This document shows positions 1-9,524 of a stretch of 55,523 bases of DNA, in pieces. The stretch covers positions 1 through 55,523 of the IMG/VR virus record IMGVR_UViG_3300037462_000746; one strand, given 5' to 3'. This stretch comes from a virus (taxonomy: Duplodnaviria > Caudoviricetes). The notes beneath the pieces were generated by a model that was not told the DNA's origin, did not search any database, and was given only the letters and a program-made list of their open reading frames with translations. The translations under genes and the position numbers were made by a program. The first letter of the stretch is position 1. Every line of letters begins with the position of its first letter.

Positions 1-152
1 CTTTGATCTTTGAAAGCACCCTTAACAAACTAGGTTATATAATTCCTAAAGATGGAATATTAGATGATCAGATGATTGCTATCATTAATGATTACAACGA
101 GGGTGTGCTTTTATCAAAATACCGCGAAGAATTAAAGCGGTTTATTGATCGT
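1..152. repeat. Terminal direct repeat / circular assembly overlap (copy 1)
   Basis: 1-152 matches 55372-55523 except A72 vs T55443; the lysin ORF continues in frame across the junction. Confidence 0.95.
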
Positions 153-218
153 ATTATTGAAGTTAATCCTTCCCAAGAGGTGTTTCGCAAAGGATGGTAT
201 TCAAGAATAAATCGATAA
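3..218 (+). CDS. C-terminal part of GH108 endolysin (PG_binding_3-like domain)
   Basis: Ends NPSQEVFRKGWYSRIN, typical of GH108-associated peptidoglycan-binding domains; in frame with the 54960 ORF via the overlap. Confidence 0.85.
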   Translation: MIFESTLNKLGYIIPKDGILDDQMIAIINDYNEGVLLSKYREELKRFIDRIIEVNPSQEVFRKGWYSRINR

Positions 219-253
219 TTGACTTTTAGTTGGTTAGACGGTATTCTTATAAA

Positions 254-312
254 GTAATGAATTATTTTCCTAATCCGTTATTGTTTTAACCCTACTGTGT
301 GTAGGGTTTTTT
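254..312 (+). ncRNA. Candidate sRNA 1
   Basis: TTGACT(219-224)-17-TATTCT(242-247); terminator AACCCTAC/GTAGGGTT + T-run ending 312; no ORF. Confidence 0.6.
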
Positions 313-348
313 ATTGACGAAAATTTAATCTAACTTTACAATGATCAT

Positions 349-420
349 GAGCTTATAGCTCTTTTCATAATAATGTCCAACCCACAGCATTCGTGCGTCT
401 TCCTTAATGTGGGTTTTTTT
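349..420 (+). ncRNA. Candidate sRNA 2
   Basis: TTGACG(314-319)-17-TACAAT(337-342); hairpin GAGCT-TAT-AGCTC at +1; terminator AACCCACA/TGTGGGTT + T-run. Confidence 0.72.
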
Positions 421-455
421 ATTGAGTTTTTTTTGTTCTTGTTTATAATATAGAT

Positions 456-528
456 GAAGATTAAATCTTCTTTTTACAATTTTATCCAAACCTCCATGTT
501 GTCAGTATTTTTTTGGAGGTTTTTTTTT
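456..528 (+). ncRNA. Candidate sRNA 3
   Basis: TTGAGT(422-427)-16-TATAAT(444-449); hairpin GAAGAT-TAA-ATCTTC at +1; terminator AAACCTCCA/TGGAGGTTT + T-run. Confidence 0.68.
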
Positions 529-1624
529 ATTGGTAAAGATTTGTAAATTGCATGCCACCAAGGTCGTTGTCTTGCATGCGAGCTTTTTGAAATGAATCTT
601 CGGCAATTTTGCGTCTCAACTCATATAAATCTGGCTTATACATTCCGGATAATTCCATGGCTAGATGGTCAATGAATGTACCAATGTATCTTCCGTTCAT
701 ATCAACGTTGGATAAAAGGTTTTTAAAGTCAAACGGGAACTTTGCACCTCTTAGATAAAGAAAATTATAATTGGATGAATATGCCATTGATTCATTATCA
801 TCATCTACATTATTTGGCGTGCCCCACATTTGTACATTGATACGATCATTTGCTTTTTGTATTGAACAAATCGATGTTTGAGCAACGTTATTTGGTGTTG
901 TAATTTGCTGGTATGCTGATCGTCCTAAGGTTGAAATAGGGCGATTAATATTAAAGCGTTCATAATATATCTCTCTAAGGGATAGAATTTCTCCCATCGT
1001 TTCTTCAAGCTTATAATATTTGAATTCCTGTGGGGTTTGAATGGTAAACCATCTGGTATTCATAACCGTTGGCGAACCTTCAAAAGGTAATTGTCGACCC
1101 GTATCATATAATTGAACCCAACTTCCATCTAAGTTCGTATTTGATCCAGACACTTTTAAGCGATAATACGCATCTTTTGCACTTAAAACTCCGAAGCAAT
1201 TAATGGATACTGGGTTTTCAAATCCAATGGTGATTGACCCATTCGGAACAGTTTGTTCAAATTTAGTTTCAATATTATTATCAAAGGCAAACGAAGGTTG
1301 ACCATCCGGAAATGAAAAGTATTCTCCTTTACGAAATCTAACTCCAACTCGAACACTTACGTCATAAATGTTGAGTATTTCTGGTGGTAATGGATACCAA
1401 GCGCAGTTATTAATGAGTTTAACAGGTAAAAGAACTTCATTCATTTGCATGAAAAATGGATTAGTCCATTGTTTGATAATTTTATTCATCATTGCAAAGG
1501 CATTGTTTGCATGAAGAGGAGTTAACGTCTCTGGAGAAATCGATAAATATTGAAATGATTTCTCCACAACGTCAATATTACGAATTTTAAGCCCAAAGGG
1601 GTCTAAATCACTCGCAAATACCAT
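527..1624 (-). CDS. Putative head-tail connector/tail tubular protein with inserted discoidin (F5/8C)-like domain
   Basis: Last gene of capsid operon; adaptor-like N/C termini; central FENPVSI...YYRLKVSGSN...WVQLYD...FKYYKL resembles galactose-binding/discoidin domains. Confidence 0.5.
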   Translation of the reverse strand: MVFASDLDPFGLKIRNIDVVEKSFQYLSISPETLTPLHANNAFAMMNKIIKQWTNPFFMQMNEVLLPVKLINNCAWYPLPPEILNIYDVSVRVGVRFRKGEYFSFPDGQPSFAFDNNIETKFEQTVPNGSITIGFENPVSINCFGVLSAKDAYYRLKVSGSNTNLDGSWVQLYDTGRQLPFEGSPTVMNTRWFTIQTPQEFKYYKLEETMGEILSLREIYYERFNINRPISTLGRSAYQQITTPNNVAQTSICSIQKANDRINVQMWGTPNNVDDDNESMAYSSNYNFLYLRGAKFPFDFKNLLSNVDMNGRYIGTFIDHLAMELSGMYKPDLYELRRKIAEDSFQKARMQDNDLGGMQFTNLYQ

Positions 1625-1626
1625 AA

Positions 1627-1995
1627 CTAATCCATTCCAGATTTGCGTTTAGACTCTTTTTTCTTAAATTTAGTGTCTTTCATGCCAAAATTCTCTCTTT
1701 CTGAGCCTGTTTTTGGCTGAAAATAAGGATCTTCGCGATAAACTGGACCTGCTTCTTGCTTGTACATGTAATCTTCGTACATTTCACCTGCTCCAGCGAA
1801 CTCTTTTGGCGATAAAGATTCGTTAGCAAAGTTCAATTCGCGATATTCCCCACGCATTTCGGGTTTATCCCATGATTCTTTGTAAAATTGTTCAGTGTTA
1901 AATGGATTATCCATCATTTTTGAAGCAAACGGATCGGGTCCAAGGTCAATTTCCTTGTAATAGTATCCGCCTGGGCCATTATATTTTTTTAACAT
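1627..1995 (-). CDS. Hypothetical protein
   Basis: 122 aa ORF in operon, RBS AAAGGA. Confidence 0.7.
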   Translation of the reverse strand: MLKKYNGPGGYYYKEIDLGPDPFASKMMDNPFNTEQFYKESWDKPEMRGEYRELNFANESLSPKEFAGAGEMYEDYMYKQEAGPVYREDPYFQPKTGSERENFGMKDTKFKKKESKRKSGMD

Positions 1996-2011
1996 TTTTT
2001 TATCCTTTTTT

Positions 2012-2641
2012 TTATAATAGGCTTTGAGTATTAAATTGCCAATCTAACGAAACCCCAGCTTCTAAATCAATCACCTCCATGAATAATTTGGATGCAGGTT
2101 GATTTACAAGAACATAAGATGGCGTTGTGGTTGTTTCATCCTTGAGATTATCATTAACAATAAACTTTTGAGCGTCTAATTGCGCTTTAGTTAACGTATT
2201 TAAGGTAAGTAACCCATAAATACTGTATTTTACTTCACCTGAGCCGTTTACAATCACTCTATGAGAGGTTGGCGCACCATCATAAGCGATGATTTCTGTC
2301 ATTCCATCACCAGCCCCTATTGATAATGTTTGAGAATCATCTACAGGTCTTACTTGGAACGATTTGTACATATTAGCGCTGGTGACGGTTACGTTACCAT
2401 TTAACGTCAGAATTTCATTTATAGGTTGATTAAATATGGTGTAACCATTGATAAGAAGATCAAAATTTTCTCCTGACCCAGCTGTAAACTTAAGGTATCG
2501 ATAATTGTTTTGAGTAATATCAGAATATAACCAAGAATTCAAAACTAAGCCATCTTTGATGACTGGTTTAGCATTCAATATTGACGTCGTACTATATGTT
2601 GGAAAAAGACTTCTTGCTTGATAGACAATACTTGTTCCCAT
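2012..2641 (-). CDS. Putative virion structural protein
   Basis: 209 aa beta-rich ORF in capsid operon, RBS AGGAG. Confidence 0.55.
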   Translation of the reverse strand: MGTSIVYQARSLFPTYSTTSILNAKPVIKDGLVLNSWLYSDITQNNYRYLKFTAGSGENFDLLINGYTIFNQPINEILTLNGNVTVTSANMYKSFQVRPVDDSQTLSIGAGDGMTEIIAYDGAPTSHRVIVNGSGEVKYSIYGLLTLNTLTKAQLDAQKFIVNDNLKDETTTTPSYVLVNQPASKLFMEVIDLEAGVSLDWQFNTQSLL

Positions 2642-2651
2642 TTTTTATCTC

Positions 2652-3602
2652 CTAATTAACCCAAGTTTGGAAGTTTTCAGAATATGGAGTTAAACCAAGA
2701 ACAGTAGAATCATTATTGTTCAAATAATTTCTTTGTTCTAGGTCAGACGCAAACGTTGGCAAATTTCCAAAACCATAATGTTGCGTAAAGATCGTAACTA
2801 CATTTGTTCCATTAAATGGATCATTTTCATAATAAGATGTATCTCCAAACACAGGACCAAACTCAAAGTAAGGACGGGTAAATCCAGTTGTAATTGTAGG
2901 GATATTATCTTTATCACCAATATACAAAGGAGGAGAATTTGTAATTATAGGCATCCATTCACATGCAGAAGGAGGATTAGAACATGTTATTAAAGGATTT
3001 CCCATGTACAAAATCATTTTTGTAAATGACTTTGCATCATAAATAATATTGTAGGGTATTCCAAACGCGAGACCTAATGTTAGAACATAGTTTAATGTTG
3101 AAGATGATTTGTTTGTAACCTTAATGCTATTTACAAACTTTTGCGGACCAAGTCTTGAAGAGACTGATGAAGAAAATGCTTTTTTATATACCATTTTTCG
3201 GTAATATCTATCTAATCCTGATACGGTAACATCACAATCTTGATCAGTTTCAAAGTCTAATGTGCGTTCAAAATCAAGTTCTACGCATTTCCCAGTAGAT
3301 AATCCTTCTCCATTTTTTAATGTTACAAAACCTGTAAACGATGCAAAAGGAATAGTTCCCAAAGGTAAATAAACTGTAGCATTGCCTGGAATTGTTCCTA
3401 TCAATAAAGAAGAAGTAGAATAATTAGGATTAAATGAATATGGATAGACATCTCCTAAATAAATACCTCCTCCACGTCCTAAATAACCTGACCCTTGAAA
3501 CGCTCCAGCCCTAATCCCATCTTTAACGTTGGTTGGCGTTAACATGAGTTGTGAAATATTATCAGTATTTCCTGCATAAGGAATTGGTTCTAGCCCTGCC
3601 AT
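2652..3602 (-). CDS. Putative virion structural protein, paralog 3 of a triplicated family
   Basis: Shares D[FYC].R, RP.F.F, [YA]G.G and terminal W motifs with the next two genes. Confidence 0.6.
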   Translation of the reverse strand: MAGLEPIPYAGNTDNISQLMLTPTNVKDGIRAGAFQGSGYLGRGGGIYLGDVYPYSFNPNYSTSSLLIGTIPGNATVYLPLGTIPFASFTGFVTLKNGEGLSTGKCVELDFERTLDFETDQDCDVTVSGLDRYYRKMVYKKAFSSSVSSRLGPQKFVNSIKVTNKSSSTLNYVLTLGLAFGIPYNIIYDAKSFTKMILYMGNPLITCSNPPSACEWMPIITNSPPLYIGDKDNIPTITTGFTRPYFEFGPVFGDTSYYENDPFNGTNVVTIFTQHYGFGNLPTFASDLEQRNYLNNNDSTVLGLTPYSENFQTWVN

Positions 3603-4513
3603 GGTGTGAATCCTTCCGTAAAGTTGGGTTGACCGTAAACGTATTTGATTTCAGATGATACTTTACCGATTTCTGGAAGGTAATTTTCTTCATCAAGAGA
3701 TGCATTATTGAATTGTGTTGCATTACCTAATCCATATACATTCTGCAATAATGTAAATGTATATTTATTAATATTGTCATCAAAAGCTTCCCCATTTTTT
3801 AAGAATTCAAACCACGGTCTAGGGGTATTTTGAGTCAACGTTATTGGAGTTGTTTGTGCAAAAGAATAATTTCCATCCCATTTAAACGCATAGGGTTCAG
3901 CATCATTTAGCGTATTAATCCATAACCCATCATGTACATTTCCTGACAATTCGTGGTCAGCGTGAGCCGAAACTTCGAGTAATTGAGAAAGAATTCCATT
4001 ATCTGTTATGGGCAATTCAAAAATATTTGTTAACGTAAATTTAAGTGTAACGGTAACAGGTGCATCTGACGTTAAAAAAATTGAACTTAATCCCAACGTT
4101 GCTGCCAATGGATTTGTGGACGTTGAGACGTCATCTAAAACTGTTTGGTTGAATCCTATTTGTCCATAAATATCATAATATGAAATAAAAATATTAACAT
4201 TAGTCCCAGGCGCAGATGTTGCAGTAATTCGTGCTGCAATTACCCTGGAATAATCAAATACTAAAACTTTTGTTTTACCATTTAACGATTCAATTTTACC
4301 CGCAACAAATTGAGATAAGGGCACAATCGTTTTAGATGTTGGGGTTAAAGTAAATTCAGCTGTATATAAATCTACCCTTGGGTTTGGTTTTGTAATTGTA
4401 TATGGCATAGGAAGTCCGACAGGAACTCCTGGGGAAGCTTCATTAGGAATAAAAATTTGTCCTGCTGTAAAACCAGATTTAAAATTCGAGCCATTTAAAA
4501 AATAAGAGTCCAT
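3590..4513 (-). CDS. Putative virion structural protein, paralog 2
   Basis: Likely start MDSYF at 4513 (TAATG coupling to upstream stop); GVPVGLP, RPWFEF, GFTPWQ motifs. Confidence 0.6.
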   Translation of the reverse strand: MDSYFLNGSNFKSGFTAGQIFIPNEASPGVPVGLPMPYTITKPNPRVDLYTAEFTLTPTSKTIVPLSQFVAGKIESLNGKTKVLVFDYSRVIAARITATSAPGTNVNIFISYYDIYGQIGFNQTVLDDVSTSTNPLAATLGLSSIFLTSDAPVTVTLKFTLTNIFELPITDNGILSQLLEVSAHADHELSGNVHDGLWINTLNDAEPYAFKWDGNYSFAQTTPITLTQNTPRPWFEFLKNGEAFDDNINKYTFTLLQNVYGLGNATQFNNASLDEENYLPEIGKVSSEIKYVYGQPNFTEGFTPWQG

Positions 4514-5406
4514 TATGATTGCCACCCTTTCCATCCTTTTGAATATGAAGCCCCACCAATCACATATTCTTTACTGTTTAAGAACGGTGTGGGTTGGAAA
4601 TCACCATCTTCTGCTATTGCAATTGTTTGATCTGTTAGAGGTATGTTATAACCAAAACCTGCTACATTTTGACCTATAATTAATATACTTTCCCCATCAA
4701 ACGAATTGGTTGTAATTCCTTCTACGACTTCAAAAGCAAATAAAGGTCTTACACTTCCTTCACTTAAGGTTTGATCTGAGGCTTTTACTGAATTAACTAG
4801 GCTAAACAGAGGTTTAAGTTTATAGGGAGTGCTTCCTTCATTATATATTCCATACAAAGGAAATCCTTTAAAACTTACAAACGAAGGAGGTGCTTCATTG
4901 AAGTTTGAAAATGGAAGTTCTATAATATCCATTGTAAAAACTCGAACATTTGTTAACCCGGCACTTCCTGAAACTTTTATAGAATTAATAGCAGAAACAC
5001 CTCTTGGTGCTATAAAAGATTGAATTCCTTGTATTTCTTGAGAAGTTCCTCCAAACGTCATGGGTTCGCCATAAAAATCTCTTACCGACGCAAATACATT
5101 AAATTCTTGATTTGCAGTGATTAAAATTATGCGACAGCAATCAAGTGGAACTTCTAGATCAATAACAGTAAAAGGCGTGGCTAATTTATTTCTATTAAAA
5201 TTAATATATGCCCCATTTGCTGATGCAAAATTAGGATTTGTATCGGGTGAAGATAAAATGGCTCGTCCTGATATTGGTTTCCATGCATATAATAAGGGCA
5301 CACCCGTTGGCACACCCGTTGTAGCATTACCAATTTGTCCAAAGACACCAGAGGTAATGCTGTCCGTAAAGGTTGTGCCAGTCTGATAACTATTGATAAC
5401 GGACAT
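4513..5406 (-). CDS. Putative virion structural protein, paralog 1
   Basis: Directly after MCP; GVPTGVP, RPLFAF, GWKGWQ motifs. Confidence 0.6.
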   Translation of the reverse strand: MSVINSYQTGTTFTDSITSGVFGQIGNATTGVPTGVPLLYAWKPISGRAILSSPDTNPNFASANGAYINFNRNKLATPFTVIDLEVPLDCCRIILITANQEFNVFASVRDFYGEPMTFGGTSQEIQGIQSFIAPRGVSAINSIKVSGSAGLTNVRVFTMDIIELPFSNFNEAPPSFVSFKGFPLYGIYNEGSTPYKLKPLFSLVNSVKASDQTLSEGSVRPLFAFEVVEGITTNSFDGESILIIGQNVAGFGYNIPLTDQTIAIAEDGDFQPTPFLNSKEYVIGGASYSKGWKGWQS

Positions 5407-5421
5407 GATGAGTCCTTTCTT

Positions 5422-6351
5422 TTATAAGTAGTTATCCGCGCTCAATGGCTGTTGCAGTCCCAAGGATGCTCTAAAGTCGTCATAATCCAAAAGGAAGCGC
5501 ATAAAGCAACTGGTTAGGAGTGTAAACGTAGAAATGTTTGGCATCTGTTGAATGTCAAAGGGCCAGCGAATATACATATACATACCTGGCAAATTAGTTC
5601 TTATCATAACCTGGTTTTTGGCAATATACGGGTTGACATGAATTCCGTCGCTGACCCAGCGCATTCCACTTGCAGGGTTTACCGCAAAACTACTGGTATT
5701 TGGCGAGAATTGAGACTCTAACATTACATACATTACAGCGGTCATTTCTGGCGGCACAGTAACAACTTTTGCCTTGTTATTGGCTACAAAGAATCCATTG
5801 TTTGCCTTAAAGCGCCACATTTTTACCAACAATTGATAGAATGTTGAAATATTTAACATAGCATTACCATTCAAAGTGTTTGAAACTGGACCTTTTGCTG
5901 TATTGTGTTGTGTAGAATATAACGTCACGCCGTCTAAACCTGGGTTGCCTCCTGGGCGGAAACCATCTGCATAGAATTTTGCTACTTCAAGGTTAACGGC
6001 TTCGATCATGGATTGAAGGAATGCAACACCTAATTGAGGTGCTATGGCGCGATATAAGTTATCTTGTAAATATTGACGGGTAATATTCACTTGAAGAGAA
6101 TAAATTGGGAAGTTGAATTGTTTCTGACCGTAGTTAGAAAATGTCGCATAAGGCGCTTGTCCACCGTCAAGTACTTTGACCGCCTCAGACATCATTCGCT
6201 TACCAAATCCGTACTCTGTATGACGTTGTGTGTACCGAATGTCAAATTCTTTCTCATATAATTTTGGCATTGTAGGGTACAACGCTTTAACCAAAGAAAA
6301 TCCAGGCATCGTATCTTGGATATTTTGATCTATCGTGACTAAATTGTTCAT
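5422..6351 (-). CDS. Major capsid protein (Mu gpT-like HK97 fold)
   Basis: 309 aa; GLDGVTLYSTQH motif, VTVPPE, VNPY, D-F-R C-terminus typical of this MCP family; follows scaffold and decoration genes. Confidence 0.8.
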   Translation of the reverse strand: MNNLVTIDQNIQDTMPGFSLVKALYPTMPKLYEKEFDIRYTQRHTEYGFGKRMMSEAVKVLDGGQAPYATFSNYGQKQFNFPIYSLQVNITRQYLQDNLYRAIAPQLGVAFLQSMIEAVNLEVAKFYADGFRPGGNPGLDGVTLYSTQHNTAKGPVSNTLNGNAMLNISTFYQLLVKMWRFKANNGFFVANNKAKVVTVPPEMTAVMYVMLESQFSPNTSSFAVNPASGMRWVSDGIHVNPYIAKNQVMIRTNLPGMYMYIRWPFDIQQMPNISTFTLLTSCFMRFLLDYDDFRASLGLQQPLSADNYL

Positions 6352-6396
6352 TGTGTTATTCCTTTATTATGTATGAACGTTTTAATTTTTTTTTAA

Positions 6397-7224
6397 TTAA
6401 CTAGTTAGTACCTTTTGTTCGTAAATTGATACTGCGTTTGAATTAATAAAACTTTGGTTGAACATAACGCCAACTATGTTGTTCTCATTCGTATCATCTG
6501 GGTCCGTATCACTCCACCACCCGCTATTGTCATAATTATTAGGTGTTAGAATAAGCAAAGGATTTGAAGGTGGTCGTGTATAGTTTTCTTGCAATAAAAT
6601 ATCGTTTATTGATTGTGGTGAGGTTAAGCAAATTCGTGATGTTCCGGGCAATAAACCTTGTGCAGAAGCAGTTGACGTGTTAGGAGTTCCTTTAACAAAA
6701 ACAAAATCTACTGTTCCTACTGTTTGAGTATATTGATCAGCTGGATCACCCCCAAATTGGGCGCATCCTAAGAAATAATCTTGAGATATCCCTGGTAGAC
6801 CCGGTTCACCCCGATATTGGATTTTATATCGCGCTTGTGCATCTGTATTAACAATCACCTGTACTGTAGTACCTTCTTGTAAAACTGTGGTTTTATCATA
6901 AGAGGGCCATGTATCGTTAGGCGTTAAAGAATTATTTGCAGGTTTATATTTAAATCCTACTATTACACCTACAATAGGTGGGTAATATATATTTTGTACA
7001 GTATTAGGAATAGTAATGTTACTTGAAATAAATGCAGGGTACACATAACCTAAAGCAGAAGATACATTTGTACCCGCAACGGCTGGAAGATAAGAAATTA
7101 CAGGATCACCTGACCAACCACTAAATGCTGGATTCCAAGGGAATGTTAGCAACGTGGGGTTAGCTTGTGAAGCTGCACTCGTTGATAAATCCCCTTGAAG
7201 TCCAAAAGGAGAAAAAGTTGCCAT
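6397..7224 (-). CDS. Putative capsid decoration/minor capsid protein
   Basis: N-terminal PFGL motif and IVGVIVG...V.VNTDAQARYKIQ pattern seen in genes preceding this MCP type. Confidence 0.55.
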   Translation of the reverse strand: MATFSPFGLQGDLSTSAASQANPTLLTFPWNPAFSGWSGDPVISYLPAVAGTNVSSALGYVYPAFISSNITIPNTVQNIYYPPIVGVIVGFKYKPANNSLTPNDTWPSYDKTTVLQEGTTVQVIVNTDAQARYKIQYRGEPGLPGISQDYFLGCAQFGGDPADQYTQTVGTVDFVFVKGTPNTSTASAQGLLPGTSRICLTSPQSINDILLQENYTRPPSNPLLILTPNNYDNSGWWSDTDPDDTNENNIVGVMFNQSFINSNAVSIYEQKVLTS

Positions 7225-7468
7225 TTTGAAAAGTCCTTTATTATTATTATTTTATCTTTTAATTTGACAACCCTAAACCTTAAGATTGACAAAAATAAGC
7301 TTAAATTTGGTGAAATTAACTGACTTTTTGCGCTCAAAATCATATTAATCTCGAGCTAGATCCGAAAACCGTTAGGTTCGCTTGAATAGCATTATAATTG
7401 TAAAATAGTTCTTGCTTAGTTTCAAGAAATTAATAAGAATATTATAAAATAAATATAAAGGCAAGCAA

Positions 7469-7570
7469 ATGAAATTTTTAAAAATCATCTTCTTGAGCAT
7501 CAAAAGCAAACTTCGCTACCTAAAAAACAAGCGGAAATCAAAATACAATTGTTTTCATCATTTTTTCTAA
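7469..7570 (+). CDS. Possible 33-aa basic peptide (MKFLKIIFLSIKSKLRYLKNKRKSKYNCFHHFF)
   Basis: ATG after AAAGG; below ORF-track cutoff; opposite strand to flanking genes. Confidence 0.3.
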   Translation: MKFLKIIFLSIKSKLRYLKNKRKSKYNCFHHFF

Positions 7571-7613
7571 AATGTGCTTGAAAGCTTTCAGTGTTAATGA
7601 TTAAATAATCATA

Positions 7614-7692
7614 GATTCATTTAGAATCCTTGATTAAAACAACCATCCCCTCGGCAGTGTTGAACTTTTCTTTATGCGAGGGGTTTTTTTTT
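7614..7692 (+). ncRNA. Candidate sRNA 4
   Basis: TTGAAA(7578-7583) with weak -10; hairpin GATTC-ATTTA-GAATC; terminator CCCCTCG/CGAGGGG + T9 on the strand opposite the flanking operon. Confidence 0.55.
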
Positions 7693-8353
7693 AATAACCA
7701 AGCTGATTAATTTGATTATTCAAATATATAGATGGATCTGACCCATCGTTTACTCCATCTTCTTTGAGATATTTCATACCCAGTATGCGTTTATTATACT
7801 TATCTTGGTTTTTACGACCATTGGGTCCGATTTCTTCATATTGTTCACGGTTTTCAGCAGCTAACATTTCGTTATAACGTTCATGATCTTCGCGATCTCG
7901 TTCCATGATGATATTTTCACCAATTATAATAGCCTGGTCATGCAAAACTTCGTCTGATTGTTCTTTTTTTGTGAGACCTGCATGGTTGTCCAATTGGTTA
8001 TACACGCTATCAGACACTAAATTTGTTTTTCGATGGCGTGCTGCGGGTACAATTCGATAACCATTCTCGCGATGAAGCGCGATCATCGCTTTAGTGCTAT
8101 AAGCTTTATGATCCATGTTATCGATGATTTTCCAAGGAATTAAAGCATATCGCTTGTTTGCAGGAGCTTCATTCAAAATCCTATCAAGAAGATTAGTAGA
8201 CATATTGAGCTGAATGTCGGATTCCCAATATGGATTTTCTTCCGACAATAATCTTTCTCCTCTATGAGCGTTACTACCGGAAAGTTCTTTGTAACGATCG
8301 ACTAACGAAAATCGACTTTTAGATTCGTCAACGCTTGTGTGTGGGTACATCAT
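7691..8353 (-). CDS. Hypothetical head-module protein
   Basis: Likely start MMYPHT at 8353 after AAGGA; between scaffold and capsid genes. Confidence 0.65.
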   Translation of the reverse strand: MMYPHTSVDESKSRFSLVDRYKELSGSNAHRGERLLSEENPYWESDIQLNMSTNLLDRILNEAPANKRYALIPWKIIDNMDHKAYSTKAMIALHRENGYRIVPAARHRKTNLVSDSVYNQLDNHAGLTKKEQSDEVLHDQAIIIGENIIMERDREDHERYNEMLAAENREQYEEIGPNGRKNQDKYNKRILGMKYLKEDGVNDGSDPSIYLNNQINQLGY

Positions 8354-8369
8354 AATTTTTTTATCCTTA

Positions 8370-9515
8370 TTAATATGATTGTTTGTATGTATTAAAAATT
8401 TCATCGTAGCTTTCTGCGACTTCAGAAATATTATTAGTTAGCCCTGAATCCTTGATCGTTTGAAGCCAATTTTGCCGAGCAATTTTGTCATCTTGATTCA
8501 TTGGCGCTTTATAACGCAATCTGTTTGGCTCAGAGCGTGTTACTGGAGCAGAGAAGTCTTGTGAAAATCGTTGCATGTTCATTCCATCTCCATAGGGTTG
8601 CTGTTGTTGATTTGCAGGAAGTTGTGTATTGAACTCATTTTTCAAATGAACTTTTAAATTAGAAGATAGGTCTTGAAAAAAGTCATCCGTATAAATATCA
8701 GTACCTCGACCTTCAATTTTATATTTATCTGCAAGCGTTGCCTCTAAGTTTTGAGCTATTTGTGCAAGCCTGGGCGAATAATTTGGGTTTTCAAAACGAT
8801 TGTCTAAAAACTTATGAGAATTCAAAAATCGATCAACGGCTTTGTTTTTTCCTTCATCTTCCTCATATTCATATTGAGGCTTGTAATTATAGTCTTTACG
8901 TCTGAATTCTTCATAAGCGCTATTTACAAGGGTAGAATGGGATTGATATTGATTTTTGAGTCGGGCTAATTCATCTTTGATTTTATCTTCCTGGATAATC
9001 GCTTGTTTTGATTTGTAATCCGCTTCAATGGAAGCTTGATAGTTATCTTCATTCCTATACTTTTCCTTTAAGTATAATTCTTCTGCGGCAATTCGTGCTT
9101 GATCTGCTTTTTCCTTTTCAAGTTTTTGCATTTCAAGCAACATGCTTTGATTTTCGAGATAAGCATTTCGTAACGTAAGTTCATCTATTTGTTTTGCTTG
9201 CATAGCCTTTTCTTGTTCAGCTTGCATTATTTTTTGTTTTAAACGCTCTTTTTGATTTAATTTGTTTGCCTTTGGCTTAGATTCTTTTTCGTCGTCTCCG
9301 GAATCATTTCTCGACTCATTCTTATATTCAGGAAAATCTTCTTTACGTGTAAGTTTGCTAAAATCGGGTTCTTCTTTTGCTAAAGATGGAATCCATTGTG
9401 CAACTTGCTGCACGTCCGGGTTAGCGTACTCTCCCTCTCTTACATTTTTTAAAAGCTTTGACTGTTCATTGGGATCATTGAAAGCCTTTTCTATATCGCT
9501 GAAAATGTCGCTCAT
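8370..9515 (-). CDS. Putative capsid scaffolding protein
   Basis: Charged coiled-coil 381 aa protein upstream of capsid genes. Confidence 0.55.
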   Translation of the reverse strand: MSDIFSDIEKAFNDPNEQSKLLKNVREGEYANPDVQQVAQWIPSLAKEEPDFSKLTRKEDFPEYKNESRNDSGDDEKESKPKANKLNQKERLKQKIMQAEQEKAMQAKQIDELTLRNAYLENQSMLLEMQKLEKEKADQARIAAEELYLKEKYRNEDNYQASIEADYKSKQAIIQEDKIKDELARLKNQYQSHSTLVNSAYEEFRRKDYNYKPQYEYEEDEGKNKAVDRFLNSHKFLDNRFENPNYSPRLAQIAQNLEATLADKYKIEGRGTDIYTDDFFQDLSSNLKVHLKNEFNTQLPANQQQQPYGDGMNMQRFSQDFSAPVTRSEPNRLRYKAPMNQDDKIARQNWLQTIKDSGLTNNISEVAESYDEIFNTYKQSY

Positions 9516-9524
9516 TTTTTACTC

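Noticed and set aside
1-152. Biological direct terminal repeat
   Set aside because: It lies mid-gene and is about one read length, so it is best explained as assembly circularisation
219-528. Tandem hairpin units as a CRISPR or mini-CRISPR array
   Set aside because: No constant repeat sequence, each unit has its own promoter and terminator, and no cas genes are recognised
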